A stretch of DNA of 64,000 bases from an uncultured Planctomycetaceae bacterium (GCA_937916515.1 CALFSX010000011.1:5109-69108); one strand, 5' to 3'; positions 19,840 through 29,074 are shown, counted from the first letter of the stretch. Made by a program: numbers and translations. Notes: generated by a model not told the origin, from the sequence alone.

Positions 19840-21351
19840 ATGAACGCGACCAGTTTTAGTTTGCAGCAACTGCTGCCCAGTGCTCGAATTATCGCGACCC
19901 ACGATATCGTTGTGTCGCAGGTTCAGTCCGATAGTCGCCTGGTTGTGGCGGGTGACGTGTTTGTTGCCGTTCGAGGAACTCGTTCTGACGGCCATCGCCA
20001 CATTCACGATGCCGTCTCACGCGGTGCCATCGCTGTGGTTTCAGAGCACAAAGTCGAAGACATAGACGTGCCACAGGCAGTCGTGGAGTGTTCGGCAACA
20101 GCTTTCGCGTTAATGTGCATGAGACTGCACACCGGATTTGCTTCGTCGGTCACGCTGGCGGGGATCACGGGCACAAATGGAAAGACAACGACCTCCTGGA
20201 TGCTACGTACCATTCTGGAAACCGCTCGGTTAAGAACCGGCATCGTCGGCACCATCGAAACCAGCGACGGAGTCAACCGGGTCGCTTCTTCAATGACAAC
20301 GCCGTCAGCTGACTGTATCGCCAGGCACATGCATCAGATGATCGTTCAGCAAACGTCGCATTGCGTGATGGAAGTCAGCAGCCATGCTCTACATCAAAAA
20401 CGCTGTGCAGCTTTGAAACTTGCCGTCGCCGCGATCACAAATATCACTCACGATCACCTGGACTATCACGGTTCACTGGACAGCTACAGCAGCGTGAAAG
20501 CATCCATCGCCAAATTGCTGCACGCTGATGCTCCGCTGTTGATTAATCTTGACGATGAAGGATGCCGCAGGATCCTGGATCAGCTGGCAGGCGTTCCTCT
20601 GGTGACGTTCGGGATCAAATCAGGCGAAGCGGAACTGCGGGCGACCTTGCTTTCCAAAACTCACAGATCGCAGCGAGTTCGTCTGCATCTTGCTCAAGGC
20701 GACGCCGAAGTTCGCTTGCGGCTGATTGGTGACCACAACGTGTCGAACAGCCTTCTGGCAGCCGGCATTGCAGAACAGCTGGGAATTCGCATAAAGGATA
20801 TTGTGGCTGGTCTGGAATCTCTGACCGCCGTTCCCGGACGATTGGAACGTATCGACGAAGGTCAACCGTTTCAGGTGCTGGTCGATTATGCTCACACACC
20901 CGACGCTCTGGAACGCAGCATCCAGACAATTAGAAACTTTGTGCCCGGCAAGCTGATCTGCGTGTTTGGTGCTGGCGGAAATCGAGACGCAACGAAACGT
21001 CCTGCCATGGGGCGAGTTGCTGCGGCGGCCGACGTGTGTGTGGTGACCAGCGACAACCCTCGGGACGAAGAGCCGCTGTCGATTCTTCGAGATGTCGCTT
21101 CCGGGTTTCCATCGACCTCGCAATTTGAAATCGAGGTCGATCGCCAGCAGGCAATTGTTCGAGCATTCCAAATGGCCGAACCAGGAGACGTTGTTCTTCT
21201 GGCGGGCAAGGGACACGAAAATACTCAGGAAGTTGCCGGAGCTAAAATTTACTTTGACGACCGCGAAGTTGCTCGCCGACTGCTGCAACTTTCAGACACG
21301 CGCAACGTGGCCGACCTGCAACCCGTGTTTTTCGCCAGCAGGTCTGCGTGA
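19840..21351 (+). CDS. murE: UDP-N-acetylmuramoyl-L-alanyl-D-glutamate--2,6-diaminopimelate ligase
   Basis: Mur ligase motifs: GITGTNGKTTTSWML, HCVMEVSSHAL, ITNITHDHLDYHG, VDYAHTPDAL, the MurE-typical TSDNPRDE, and AGKGHE. Confidence 0.93.
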   Translation: MNATSFSLQQLLPSARIIATHDIVVSQVQSDSRLVVAGDVFVAVRGTRSDGHRHIHDAVSRGAIAVVSEHKVEDIDVPQAVVECSATAFALMCMRLHTGFASSVTLAGITGTNGKTTTSWMLRTILETARLRTGIVGTIETSDGVNRVASSMTTPSADCIARHMHQMIVQQTSHCVMEVSSHALHQKRCAALKLAVAAITNITHDHLDYHGSLDSYSSVKASIAKLLHADAPLLINLDDEGCRRILDQLAGVPLVTFGIKSGEAELRATLLSKTHRSQRVRLHLAQGDAEVRLRLIGDHNVSNSLLAAGIAEQLGIRIKDIVAGLESLTAVPGRLERIDEGQPFQVLVDYAHTPDALERSIQTIRNFVPGKLICVFGAGGNRDATKRPAMGRVAAAADVCVVTSDNPRDEEPLSILRDVASGFPSTSQFEIEVDRQQAIVRAFQMAEPGDVVLLAGKGHENTQEVAGAKIYFDDREVARRLLQLSDTRNVADLQPVFFASRSA

Positions 21352-21597
21352 TCAATAGTCGTCCGCCTTGTTGCAAATCGCAGCCACGACAGAAAATTGT
21401 CAAAGTTCGCGCTCGTTAAACTCTAACGATTGATCCACGCCTGACGGACAAAGGATGTCACAAATGAACAAGTTGGGCTTAACCAGGCGTTCCGTCTGCG
21501 ACGATCTTTGCAAGCGGCAGGGCCAACAGAAGTACGGCAAAAATTGCCGCTGTTCTGTCGCACCATCTGGTAATGTCGTTGGCGATTCAACCCAGGC

Positions 21598-23004
21598 TTG
21601 CGTGATTGTATGCAGTTGTTGACTGTTCAAGAATTTATATCTCTGGTCGATGGCACCGTTCAGGGGACAGTTAATCTGTCCGCTACAATTGAAGGGTGCG
21701 TCATCGACAGCAGGCAGGTCCGCAGTGGCGATGCGTTTTTTGCATTGTCCGGCAACAACCAGCACGGCGTGCAGTTTTGCGATGCAGCGGTTCGTGATGG
21801 AGCTGTCGTTGTTGTCGTTGACGAGCAGGCTTCTGCGCAATGCGCAACGCCTCATGTCAGCGTACCTGATGCGGAAATCGCCCTGGCGATGCTGGCTAAT
21901 CATAACCGACGCCAGAGCGAAGCGTTGGTTATCGGAATCACCGGCAGCGTTGGCAAAACGACAACTCGCCGGATGATTGCATCCGTTCTGGAAACGATTC
22001 ATACCGGCATTCAGAGTCCTCGCAACTTCAACAACCATCTGGGTGTTCCTCTTAGCCTGCTGGAACTGCAGCAGGGTGATGAATTTGCCGTCATCGAAAT
22101 TGGAGCATCTGGTCCGGGCGAAATTCGCGCGTTGACATCGATTGCTGAGCCGGAAATGGCCGTGATTACAAGAATCGCTCCCTGCCATTTGCGAGGCTTC
22201 GAATCCGTACAGAAAATTCAGCTGGAAAAAGTCAGAATCATCGCAACACTGCCCGAAGACGGCGTCGCGTTTCTGAACAGCGACGATCCGTTGGTAAGTG
22301 AGCTTAATAAGTGTACTCGAGCACGAGTCGTCACATTTGGCACGTCTGGTTCGCCTGATGTGTTGGCAACATCCGTTACCGTCAACAAGGGCCAGTTGCG
22401 GGTCGTTGTCGACGAACACGAATACGTCGTTCCCGTTTGCGGACGTCATAATGTCTGCAGCGTGCTGGCGGCGATTGCCGTTGGCATGGAGATTGGTGTC
22501 TCCGTGGAAGGCATTCAGGACGGCTTGCGAAAATTTCAATCAGAACCAGGGCGTTGTGTTCTGTCGCAGCTTGGTACCTGGACTGTGATTGATGATACGT
22601 ACAACTCCAGCCCAGCCAGCGTTTCAGCCGCCATTCGTACGTTGGAAGAATTCAGTAGTTGCAACCATCGCGTGTTGGTGCTGGGCGATATGCTGGATCT
22701 TGGCGATCAGGCAGCAGACCAACATTACGGAATTGGTGCGTCGCTGGCGTCGTGTCAGCTGGATCATATTGCAGTGACCGGCGAATTCGCACCAGACCTG
22801 GTGGAAGGCTTTCTGTCGTCGGGTGGAAACCCGAACCGAATTTCAGAGTTTTCAGACGTAACGATGCTGACCACCATGCTGGACTGCATTCTAAGCGATG
22901 ACGACTGCGTGCTGGTAAAAGGTTCGCGAGCCACCGAAATGGAACGCGTCATTCAGCAACTGAAACTGCTGCAGGATCAGTCGTCAGTACGCCGCGCTGC
23001 ATAG
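21598..23004 (+). CDS. murF: UDP-N-acetylmuramoyl-tripeptide--D-alanyl-D-alanine ligase
   Basis: GITGSVGKTTTRRMI, AVIEIGASGPGEI, the MurF-typical DDTYNSSPASV, and VLVKGSRATEME. The true start may be the ATG at 21610 (MQLLTVQEF). Confidence 0.92.
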   Translation: MRDCMQLLTVQEFISLVDGTVQGTVNLSATIEGCVIDSRQVRSGDAFFALSGNNQHGVQFCDAAVRDGAVVVVVDEQASAQCATPHVSVPDAEIALAMLANHNRRQSEALVIGITGSVGKTTTRRMIASVLETIHTGIQSPRNFNNHLGVPLSLLELQQGDEFAVIEIGASGPGEIRALTSIAEPEMAVITRIAPCHLRGFESVQKIQLEKVRIIATLPEDGVAFLNSDDPLVSELNKCTRARVVTFGTSGSPDVLATSVTVNKGQLRVVVDEHEYVVPVCGRHNVCSVLAAIAVGMEIGVSVEGIQDGLRKFQSEPGRCVLSQLGTWTVIDDTYNSSPASVSAAIRTLEEFSSCNHRVLVLGDMLDLGDQAADQHYGIGASLASCQLDHIAVTGEFAPDLVEGFLSSGGNPNRISEFSDVTMLTTMLDCILSDDDCVLVKGSRATEMERVIQQLKLLQDQSSVRRAA

Positions 23005-23160
23005 CTATCTGGTCATCATCGCGCATTGGTTCGTAGCGACAGTTCGAATGTAGCCATCACGCTCCGCCGTGATGAGCCTCGCTGTTTCAGGTTACTTCAA
23101 ACGGAACCGCGTGTTCGGACGCATGGCAATTAACGGGCTATCCACCCGCATTGACACCTT

Positions 23161-23230
23161 CGTCATTCCCGCGCAGGCGGGAACCCAAAGGCATGTTGGC
23201 GGCTGGATTCCCGCCTGCGCGGGAATGACG
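23161..23230. repeat. REP-like palindromic element (ATTCCC-N8-GGGAAT type arms)
   Basis: Left arm CGTCATTCCCGCGCAGGCGGGAA (23161-23183) and its exact inverted copy TTCCCGCCTGCGCGGGAATGACG (23208-23230). Each arm is itself a hairpin (TTCCCGC-GCAG-GCGGGAA). Confidence 0.8.
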
Positions 23231-23320
23231 GTTGGGGTGCGGGTGATGTGGCAGGCGTTGGACGCAGCCCTTGTTAGAGTCTTACTGAAAATGATGCGCG
23301 GACCGTTCCCGCATGTTGGT

Positions 23321-23394
23321 CGGAGCGGCTCGGCGATTCGAACGTCCTACGTCTTCCAGCCAACCACGCCATCGGGTCAAGGGCGAAGCCCTTG
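23321..23394 (+). repeat. Copy A of a roughly 75-83-nt intergenic repeat family (CGGAGCGGCTCGGCG ... CCACGCCA ... CAAGGGCGAAGCCCTTG)
   Basis: Shares both conserved ends and the spacing with copies at 25269-25342, 33201-33283 and 62791-62870. The terminal hairpin is CAAGGGC-GAA-GCCCTTG at 23378-23394. Confidence 0.8.
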
Positions 23395-23838
23395 TCAGGA
23401 AGTGCAGGCGGTGCAGTGACCTCGCACAAGCACTTCGGAAATTGTTCCAGGGGCCTGAACTTTTCGTGAGCTGGCTTTCAGTTCAAACGTGAAGTCTGAC
23501 AGGCAGGTGACTTCGCCGCAGTCGACGCACATGAAGTGAGGATGTTCGGATAACCCCGATCCGTAGTTGGCGGCAAGTTCGAATCGGCGAATTGAATCGC
23601 CCAGGTCAAGTCGCACGACCAGATCTGCTTCATTAAGTTCGGTCAGCGAGCGATAGATGGTGGATTTATCAAAGCCGTAGCCAGAAAGCAGTTCGGCAAG
23701 CTCGATGCTGGTAACAGGGGCTGTTGCCGAGTGCAGGCTTTGCACCACGGCGATTCGCGCAGCCGTGCAACGCAGGTCCGATCCTTTCAGGATGGCCTTC
23801 GCTTCTTCAACTGAAAGCGTTTGAGCTGCAGCATTCAT
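23395..23838 (-). CDS. Fur family transcriptional regulator (Zur-like by context)
   Basis: Winged-helix N-terminal part (LRCTAARIAVVQSL...), then HPHFMCVDCGEVTCL and a C-terminal HCTAC, giving two CxxC pairs. It is divergent from a ZIP metal transporter. Confidence 0.8.
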   Translation of the reverse strand: MNAAAQTLSVEEAKAILKGSDLRCTAARIAVVQSLHSATAPVTSIELAELLSGYGFDKSTIYRSLTELNEADLVVRLDLGDSIRRFELAANYGSGLSEHPHFMCVDCGEVTCLSDFTFELKASSRKVQAPGTISEVLVRGHCTACTS

Positions 23839-23923
23839 CGGTTAACAATTCCTTGGGGCGGCGAACAATCAGCTTCTTTGGCGGCATGTTCTGATGTCGT
23901 AGTTTTCCAAAGTGAGATTCTTT

Positions 23924-23940
23924 TTGCAACTAAGTTGCAA
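23924..23940. promoter_or_regulatory. Candidate Fur/Zur operator: perfect 8-1-8 palindrome TTGCAACT-A-AGTTGCAA
   Basis: This is the only perfect palindrome in the 192-bp divergent intergenic region. It lies 86-102 nt upstream of the regulator start and 91-107 nt upstream of the ZIP start, and an AT-rich tract ATAATATT follows it. Confidence 0.45.
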
Positions 23941-24030
23941 ATAATATTCAGTTGCGGATCGAAATTTACGACCGGCTCGACTATTTTTCGGCGGCCAATT
24001 TGTTTTGTTTGCCCTATCGTTCTTTGCACT

Positions 24031-25221
24031 ATGAATTCTCGCACGCTCTTTTCCGTTCTGCTCTGCACATTCAGCGTGATCGGGCTGCCAGCTTTACTGT
24101 CGTCGGTGGTAGCGGCGGACGAAGGTGCGCCGGTTTCTGAAGTTCAGCCAACTTCAGTTTCTGCTGCCAATCAAACTGTGAACCTGAAGGCATTGATGCA
24201 GGATGGCGTGAGTGACGAGCAGGTTGTTCGCTCGGCCCAGGGGAATCGTCCCGTAATTCTGCTGCTGTCGTATTGCCTGCTGATTGTGGCCGCATCTTTG
24301 CTGGGCGGTTGGCTGCCTTCTTTTATTGAGCTCACCCATACGCGCATGCAAACAATCATCAGTTTTGTTGGAGGACTGATGCTGGGAATTGGCGTTTTTC
24401 ATCTGTTGCCACACGCCGTTCAGGAGCTGCACGATGCAGCATTGGTTTCAAGGTGGATGATGGTTGGAATTGTGATGATGTTTGTGCTGTTGCGGCTGTT
24501 TCATTTTCACAATCATGAACCAGTCAGCTTTCATGGTAACGCTGCAGCGCCCTGTGATCATGATCACGACCATGATCACGGTGGTCAGCACGACCACGAC
24601 CACGACCATGACCATGACGGCCAGCACGTTCACGACAGTTGCTCTCCCGCTGAAGCTCTTGTCCAGTTGGGGGCGTCGTCTGTGGCTGATGAACAGCATA
24701 GCATCGCGATCTGCCATACTCACGGACATTCGCACGGGCTAAGCTGGGTGGGAATCGCTCTTGGCCTGAGCGTGCATACGCTGATTGACGGTATTGCTCT
24801 AGGTGCCAGTATTTATTCAGAAGCTCAGCGAACAGCAGTCATGTCGCTATTCGGGCTCGGCACCTTTCTGGCGATTCTGCTGCATAAGCCACTTGATGCT
24901 GTCTCGATAACGTCGTTGATGCTGTCGAGCGGCTGGCAGCGTCGTTCAATTAATCTGGTTAACATCGGGTTCGCGTTGATGTGCCCTTTGGGAGCAGTGT
25001 TATTCTTAATGGGGGCCAGCCAGTTTCAGGGGTTTCAGCAGGAAATTCTGGGAACTGCTTTGGCGTTTTCGGCAGGCGTGTTTATCTGCATTGCACTAAG
25101 CGATCTGTTGCCGGAAATGGAGTTTCACACTCATAACAAAGTGCAGCTAACGGTAGCCCTGGGTGCCGGAATTATGCTGGCCTGGATTGTCACGTTTCTT
25201 GAACCGACTCATCTGCATTAG
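24031..25221 (+). CDS. ZIP family metal (zinc) transporter with signal peptide and His/Asp-rich cytoplasmic loop
   Basis: Start at ATG 24031 gives MNSRTLFSVLLCTFSVIGLPALLSSVVAA. The protein has multiple TM segments, the loop CDHDHDHDHGGQHDHDHDHDHDGQHVHD, and the HTLIDGIALG and LLHKPLDAVS ZIP-like motifs. Confidence 0.75.
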   Translation: MNSRTLFSVLLCTFSVIGLPALLSSVVAADEGAPVSEVQPTSVSAANQTVNLKALMQDGVSDEQVVRSAQGNRPVILLLSYCLLIVAASLLGGWLPSFIELTHTRMQTIISFVGGLMLGIGVFHLLPHAVQELHDAALVSRWMMVGIVMMFVLLRLFHFHNHEPVSFHGNAAAPCDHDHDHDHGGQHDHDHDHDHDGQHVHDSCSPAEALVQLGASSVADEQHSIAICHTHGHSHGLSWVGIALGLSVHTLIDGIALGASIYSEAQRTAVMSLFGLGTFLAILLHKPLDAVSITSLMLSSGWQRRSINLVNIGFALMCPLGAVLFLMGASQFQGFQQEILGTALAFSAGVFICIALSDLLPEMEFHTHNKVQLTVALGAGIMLAWIVTFLEPTHLH

Positions 25222-25268
25222 TACTGATCTAATGAAAAAGACTTGCACACTGTGCGGGCATCTCTTTT

Positions 25269-25342
25269 CGGAGCGGCTCGGCGGTTAACGCGTCCCATCC
25301 GCTTTACCTCGCCACGCCACCTGTTCAAGGGCGAAGCCCTTG
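25269..25342 (+). repeat. Copy B of the roughly 75-83-nt intergenic repeat family
   Basis: CGGAGCGGCTCGGCGG ... GCCACGCCAC ... CAAGGGCGAAGCCCTTG (hairpin 25326-25342). It fills the gap between the convergent ZIP and sulfatase genes. Confidence 0.8.
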
Positions 25343-26839
25343 TTAGTACTTGCCGTTGGTTCCGAACATTTGCAGCTTTGATGGGCGAGGACGCACGCGG
25401 ACTGAATGGTCCGGTTCGCCGGTAACGCGGTCGAATTCGTCGGGTGTTCGTTTTGATGGCAGGTAATCTTCGGTTTGCTTTGTCCATTCCTGCAGGGCGG
25501 CGGCAAGTCGGCTACGGACAGTTTGGTAAGCGGGATCATCAATTCGGTTTCGCAGTTCTCCCGGATCACGCTGTAGGTCGAACAGTTCCCATTTGGGCCT
25601 GGGAGCCAGAAAACACGACTGTTGATGAGGTGGCAGTTTGCCTTCGTCTTGCAGCTGCAACATGTTCTGCCAGCTAAGGCCGCGTCCGGCGTCTGCAGAC
25701 GGGGTTGACGCCAGATCGAAGTAATCGTTTCTAATCAGTTTGTATCTTTGGTTGACGATACATCGCGCGTGATCTTCGTAGTCGTGCCAATGATCTTCTG
25801 CGAATGCGAATTCGCGATGAGGCAGCGTCGCACCTGCGAGCACCTTTGCAAAGCTGTTGCCTTCTGTTGGAATTGCGTCAGCGATGCCGGCAACTTCCAG
25901 AAACGTGGCAGCGATATCAACGGAACTGACCAGAGCGTCCGTTGTGACGTTTGGCTGAATCACGGCTGGCCAGCGAACGATCCAGGGAGTACGGATGCCG
26001 CCATCGTAGAGCGTGGTCTTGTCGCGAGGAAACGGACGTCCGTTGTCGCTGATGAACAGAATCAGTGTGTTTTCTGCAACTTGTTGTTCGTCCAGTTTGG
26101 CCAACACTTTACCGACATAGGTATCCAGCCGACCAATTTCGTCGTAATACAGTCGCAGGTCTTCTCGCACGTCTGCCGTGTCAGGCAGGTGAGCCGGAAC
26201 GATAACGTCGCTGGCTTTGTGAGGCGGATCAAGAGCTCCATCAACGTATTCGCGATGTGGATCCAACGCAGCCAGCCATAAAAAGAACGGTCGATCTTTG
26301 GGACGATCGTCAATGGCCTGTTCCCATTTTTCACAGCCACTGGGTTCTGCCGCCACCATTTTGGGAGCTTCTCCGTTTTTGCCGGATGGCAATACAAATC
26401 CCGCTGTGGAAGCTTCGTAAATTCGGTGGAAGTGATTTCGCACGTCGTCGCCCAGATGCCACTTACCGGCTGCTGCTGTGTAGTAGCCAGCTTTGCCAAG
26501 TTCGGCAGCGAATGTTCTACTGGCCGCTGGCAATGGCCAGTGCAACTGTTCGGCTCCCGTGTTATGAGGATACTTCCCGGTCAGAATGCTGGAACGCGAA
26601 GGGCTGCAGGAATTTGTTGTCAGATAGGCATGATGGAACAGCATGCCTTCTGCCGCCAGGCGATCAATATTGGGAGTGCGTATGGCTGGATGCCCGTACG
26701 CTCCACAGTCGTCCCAGTTCATGTCGTCCGCGATCATCAGAACAATGTTGGGGCTGCTGACTTCAGATGCTGTGACACCGGATTGCAGTGCAGGCCCAAA
26801 GCAGCACAAAACGGCAAGTGTTCGCATGAAATGTTTCAT
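25343..26839 (-). CDS. Sulfatase (formylglycine-dependent arylsulfatase family), secreted
   Basis: Signal peptide MKHFMRTLAVLCCFGPALQSGVTA. Contains NIVLMIADDMNWDD and the formylglycine motif CSPSRSSILTG. ATG at 26839 preferred. Confidence 0.9.
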   Translation of the reverse strand: MKHFMRTLAVLCCFGPALQSGVTASEVSSPNIVLMIADDMNWDDCGAYGHPAIRTPNIDRLAAEGMLFHHAYLTTNSCSPSRSSILTGKYPHNTGAEQLHWPLPAASRTFAAELGKAGYYTAAAGKWHLGDDVRNHFHRIYEASTAGFVLPSGKNGEAPKMVAAEPSGCEKWEQAIDDRPKDRPFFLWLAALDPHREYVDGALDPPHKASDVIVPAHLPDTADVREDLRLYYDEIGRLDTYVGKVLAKLDEQQVAENTLILFISDNGRPFPRDKTTLYDGGIRTPWIVRWPAVIQPNVTTDALVSSVDIAATFLEVAGIADAIPTEGNSFAKVLAGATLPHREFAFAEDHWHDYEDHARCIVNQRYKLIRNDYFDLASTPSADAGRGLSWQNMLQLQDEGKLPPHQQSCFLAPRPKWELFDLQRDPGELRNRIDDPAYQTVRSRLAAALQEWTKQTEDYLPSKRTPDEFDRVTGEPDHSVRVRPRPSKLQMFGTNGKY

Positions 26840-26910
26840 CGGAAGATATCTCGCTGAATAATTGGCTGCACAAAGTGTGAGCCGCAAGGCCCGCTAAAGT
26901 CTGTTGATGG

Positions 26911-28314
26911 CTACTTTCGAAGCGTGTCGCCAACTTCCGAAACAAATCTGTGCAGCAACGCCAAAGATGTGATGGCTTGTTCGTCGGTCATGCACATCGG
27001 TGGAGAGATGCGAATGACGCAGCCAGCAAGAGGTCCCAGCAGATGGATGCCGTCGTTGTTTTCGTTGCCTTGATAGCATCGAGCAACAATGGCATTGGCC
27101 ACGTGAGCTGGTTCTGTTGAACCAACTTTGGCGCATTCGATTCCGAACACGGCACCTTCACCGCGTACGTTTGCGATGACGCCCGTTTCTTTCAGCTTAC
27201 AAAGGGCGTCGACAAGAATATCGTAAAGTGAGTTCGTGCGGCCAAGGACGTCTGTTGACTCGAATTCATCAAGAGTCGCCAGGACGGCGGCACAGGAAAT
27301 TGGATTGGCACTCCAGGTGTCGGACGTGTCTCCATAGTTCATCAATTCGCAAACATCCCGACGGCCCACCGCAGCGCTGACCGGCACACCGTTGCCGAGG
27401 CCTTTGCCAAGGCAGACAAAGTCGGGCTCAATTCCGTACTTTTCAAACGCATACATGCAGCCGGTGCGGCCGAAGTTTGCCTGTACTTCGTCAAGGATGA
27501 ACAGGATGTCGTGTTGGCGGCAGAACGTCTGCAACAACTGCAGATATTCATGCGGCGGATGATAGCTGCCGCCTCCACCAAGATACGGTTCTGTAATCAA
27601 GCAACCGATGGGGTGCTCAGCGGTCGCGAATACTTCTTCAAGTTCGGCCAGATAAACGGCGGCATCAAACTGCATGGCAGGGTGATCGATATCAGAACAT
27701 TCCTGGCGAGGAAAACTGATAAAGCGAACTCGCGGATCACGCTCAGCATCTTTTTCACTGCCTGTTACGGCACCGGAAAGGCCTTTTTTTCCATGAAAGC
27801 CGAATCGTGTTGCCAGAACTCCCGGTCGAGCAGGATCGCGTCGCATGCAGGCCCAAAGAGCCTTCTGTACGGCTTCAGAACCGGATGCGGCCCAGATGAC
27901 AGTGTCCAGACGATTGCCGCCGGGGCTTGCGTTTAGATTTGCCAGCAGCCGCCGACTTGCCTCTGCTTCCAGTTCTGTTATGGCGTTGTAAGCCGTCAGT
28001 GACACGGCTGGAAAGTAGGTGTCGTCAGCGGCATTCAGGTTTTCCGGGGTCCACCCAAGATAAGCCTGAAAACGCTTCATCCAGCCGACAGGGTTGTGCC
28101 CCAGGTTGGCGACCAGAACGCCCGAACTGAAGTCGTACAGCCTTCGGCCTTCTGGTGTCCAGTGAAACACGCCCGCTGATTTTGCCAGCACAGCCTGAGT
28201 TGGCGTGAATGTTCGCAGCGAATGCGGTTCTGTGGCGGCAATCTGAGTTCGAATCTGGTTGGAAGAATCTTCCCCGTCAAACTGGATGGCAAACGAAGGT
28301 TGATTGTGGCTCAT
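26911..28314 (-). CDS. Class III (omega-type) PLP-dependent aminotransferase
   Basis: SGSEAVQKAL, ILDEVQANFGRTG, and the PLP-lysine context PDFVCLGKGLGNG. The length is 467 aa. Confidence 0.85.
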   Translation of the reverse strand: MSHNQPSFAIQFDGEDSSNQIRTQIAATEPHSLRTFTPTQAVLAKSAGVFHWTPEGRRLYDFSSGVLVANLGHNPVGWMKRFQAYLGWTPENLNAADDTYFPAVSLTAYNAITELEAEASRRLLANLNASPGGNRLDTVIWAASGSEAVQKALWACMRRDPARPGVLATRFGFHGKKGLSGAVTGSEKDAERDPRVRFISFPRQECSDIDHPAMQFDAAVYLAELEEVFATAEHPIGCLITEPYLGGGGSYHPPHEYLQLLQTFCRQHDILFILDEVQANFGRTGCMYAFEKYGIEPDFVCLGKGLGNGVPVSAAVGRRDVCELMNYGDTSDTWSANPISCAAVLATLDEFESTDVLGRTNSLYDILVDALCKLKETGVIANVRGEGAVFGIECAKVGSTEPAHVANAIVARCYQGNENNDGIHLLGPLAGCVIRISPPMCMTDEQAITSLALLHRFVSEVGDTLRK

Positions 28315-28463
28315 AGTGAGCTTTCTTTCTGCTGGAATTCAGCGGGCGGGATCTACACGGAAGGCAGCCGTATGGAACGCAACTGCACGGAAGGCAGCTG
28401 TATGACGTCGACACCAAAGCGGCAGCTGATGGAGGAAGGAAAACGTAGGCGATGCGAAGGATA

Positions 28464-28991
28464 CTAAGAAACCTGCACTTCGGCTGGCGTGATGATGTTC
28501 AGAGCGTCTGAACTGCCCGACCATTTCGGTACTTCGCACTTTGAAGCCATCCAGCCGTGATGTTCCAATTGTCCGCTTGCCGAACCGGAAGACTGAGCAA
28601 CATTGCCCGTTAATCGAAACTTACCAGAAGCAACATCATCCACCTGCACAACGCTGCCCTCTTCCTGGTTGACGATCGGCGTTGGAGCGAACATTCGCGA
28701 CAGCACACCATGGCACCCGCGATGGATTTCTCGCACGGCCGCACCAACCTGCGCGTCTGTGTAAGCGTCAATTGGTTCCTGGATGAAATCCACAAACCTC
28801 GCGTCGCGTTGCAGGGCCGACAACAGAGTGATGGCATCACTGCGAACGGGTTTCGGTGGTACAGGCTTGGGAGCCACCGGTTCAGGGGCCGGAAGTTTGG
28901 GTGAAGTTTCTGATTCAGACAGTGATTCGAGCACTTTTTGGGCAGTTGCCCCACTGAACAGAATTTTGAAGGCCAGTCCGAGTCGTCCCAT
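28464..28991 (-). CDS. DUF2760-like protein
   Basis: Start at ATG 28991 gives MGRLGLAFKILFSG, the typical DUF2760 N-terminus. The C-terminal part is LLSALQRDARFVDFIQEPIDAYTDAQVGAAVREIH...GNV...HHGW. Assignment is from recall of the family pattern. The upstream extension to 29108 would overlap the rhodanese gene. Confidence 0.55.
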   Translation of the reverse strand: MGRLGLAFKILFSGATAQKVLESLSESETSPKLPAPEPVAPKPVPPKPVRSDAITLLSALQRDARFVDFIQEPIDAYTDAQVGAAVREIHRGCHGVLSRMFAPTPIVNQEEGSVVQVDDVASGKFRLTGNVAQSSGSASGQLEHHGWMASKCEVPKWSGSSDALNIITPAEVQVS

Positions 28992-29074
28992 TATGAAAAT
29001 ATTCCTTTGGAGTTTGGTTTGGCCCGTTGACTGCAAACGCCAATCAATTGCCAGATTTAATCGCCCGCGCCAGA

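Noticed and set aside
23069-23419. 116-aa ORF downstream of murF
   Set aside because: It is read straight through the palindromic repeat (VIPAQAGTQ ... IPACAGMT) and through copy A of the 80-nt repeat. It is an artefact of repeat sequence.
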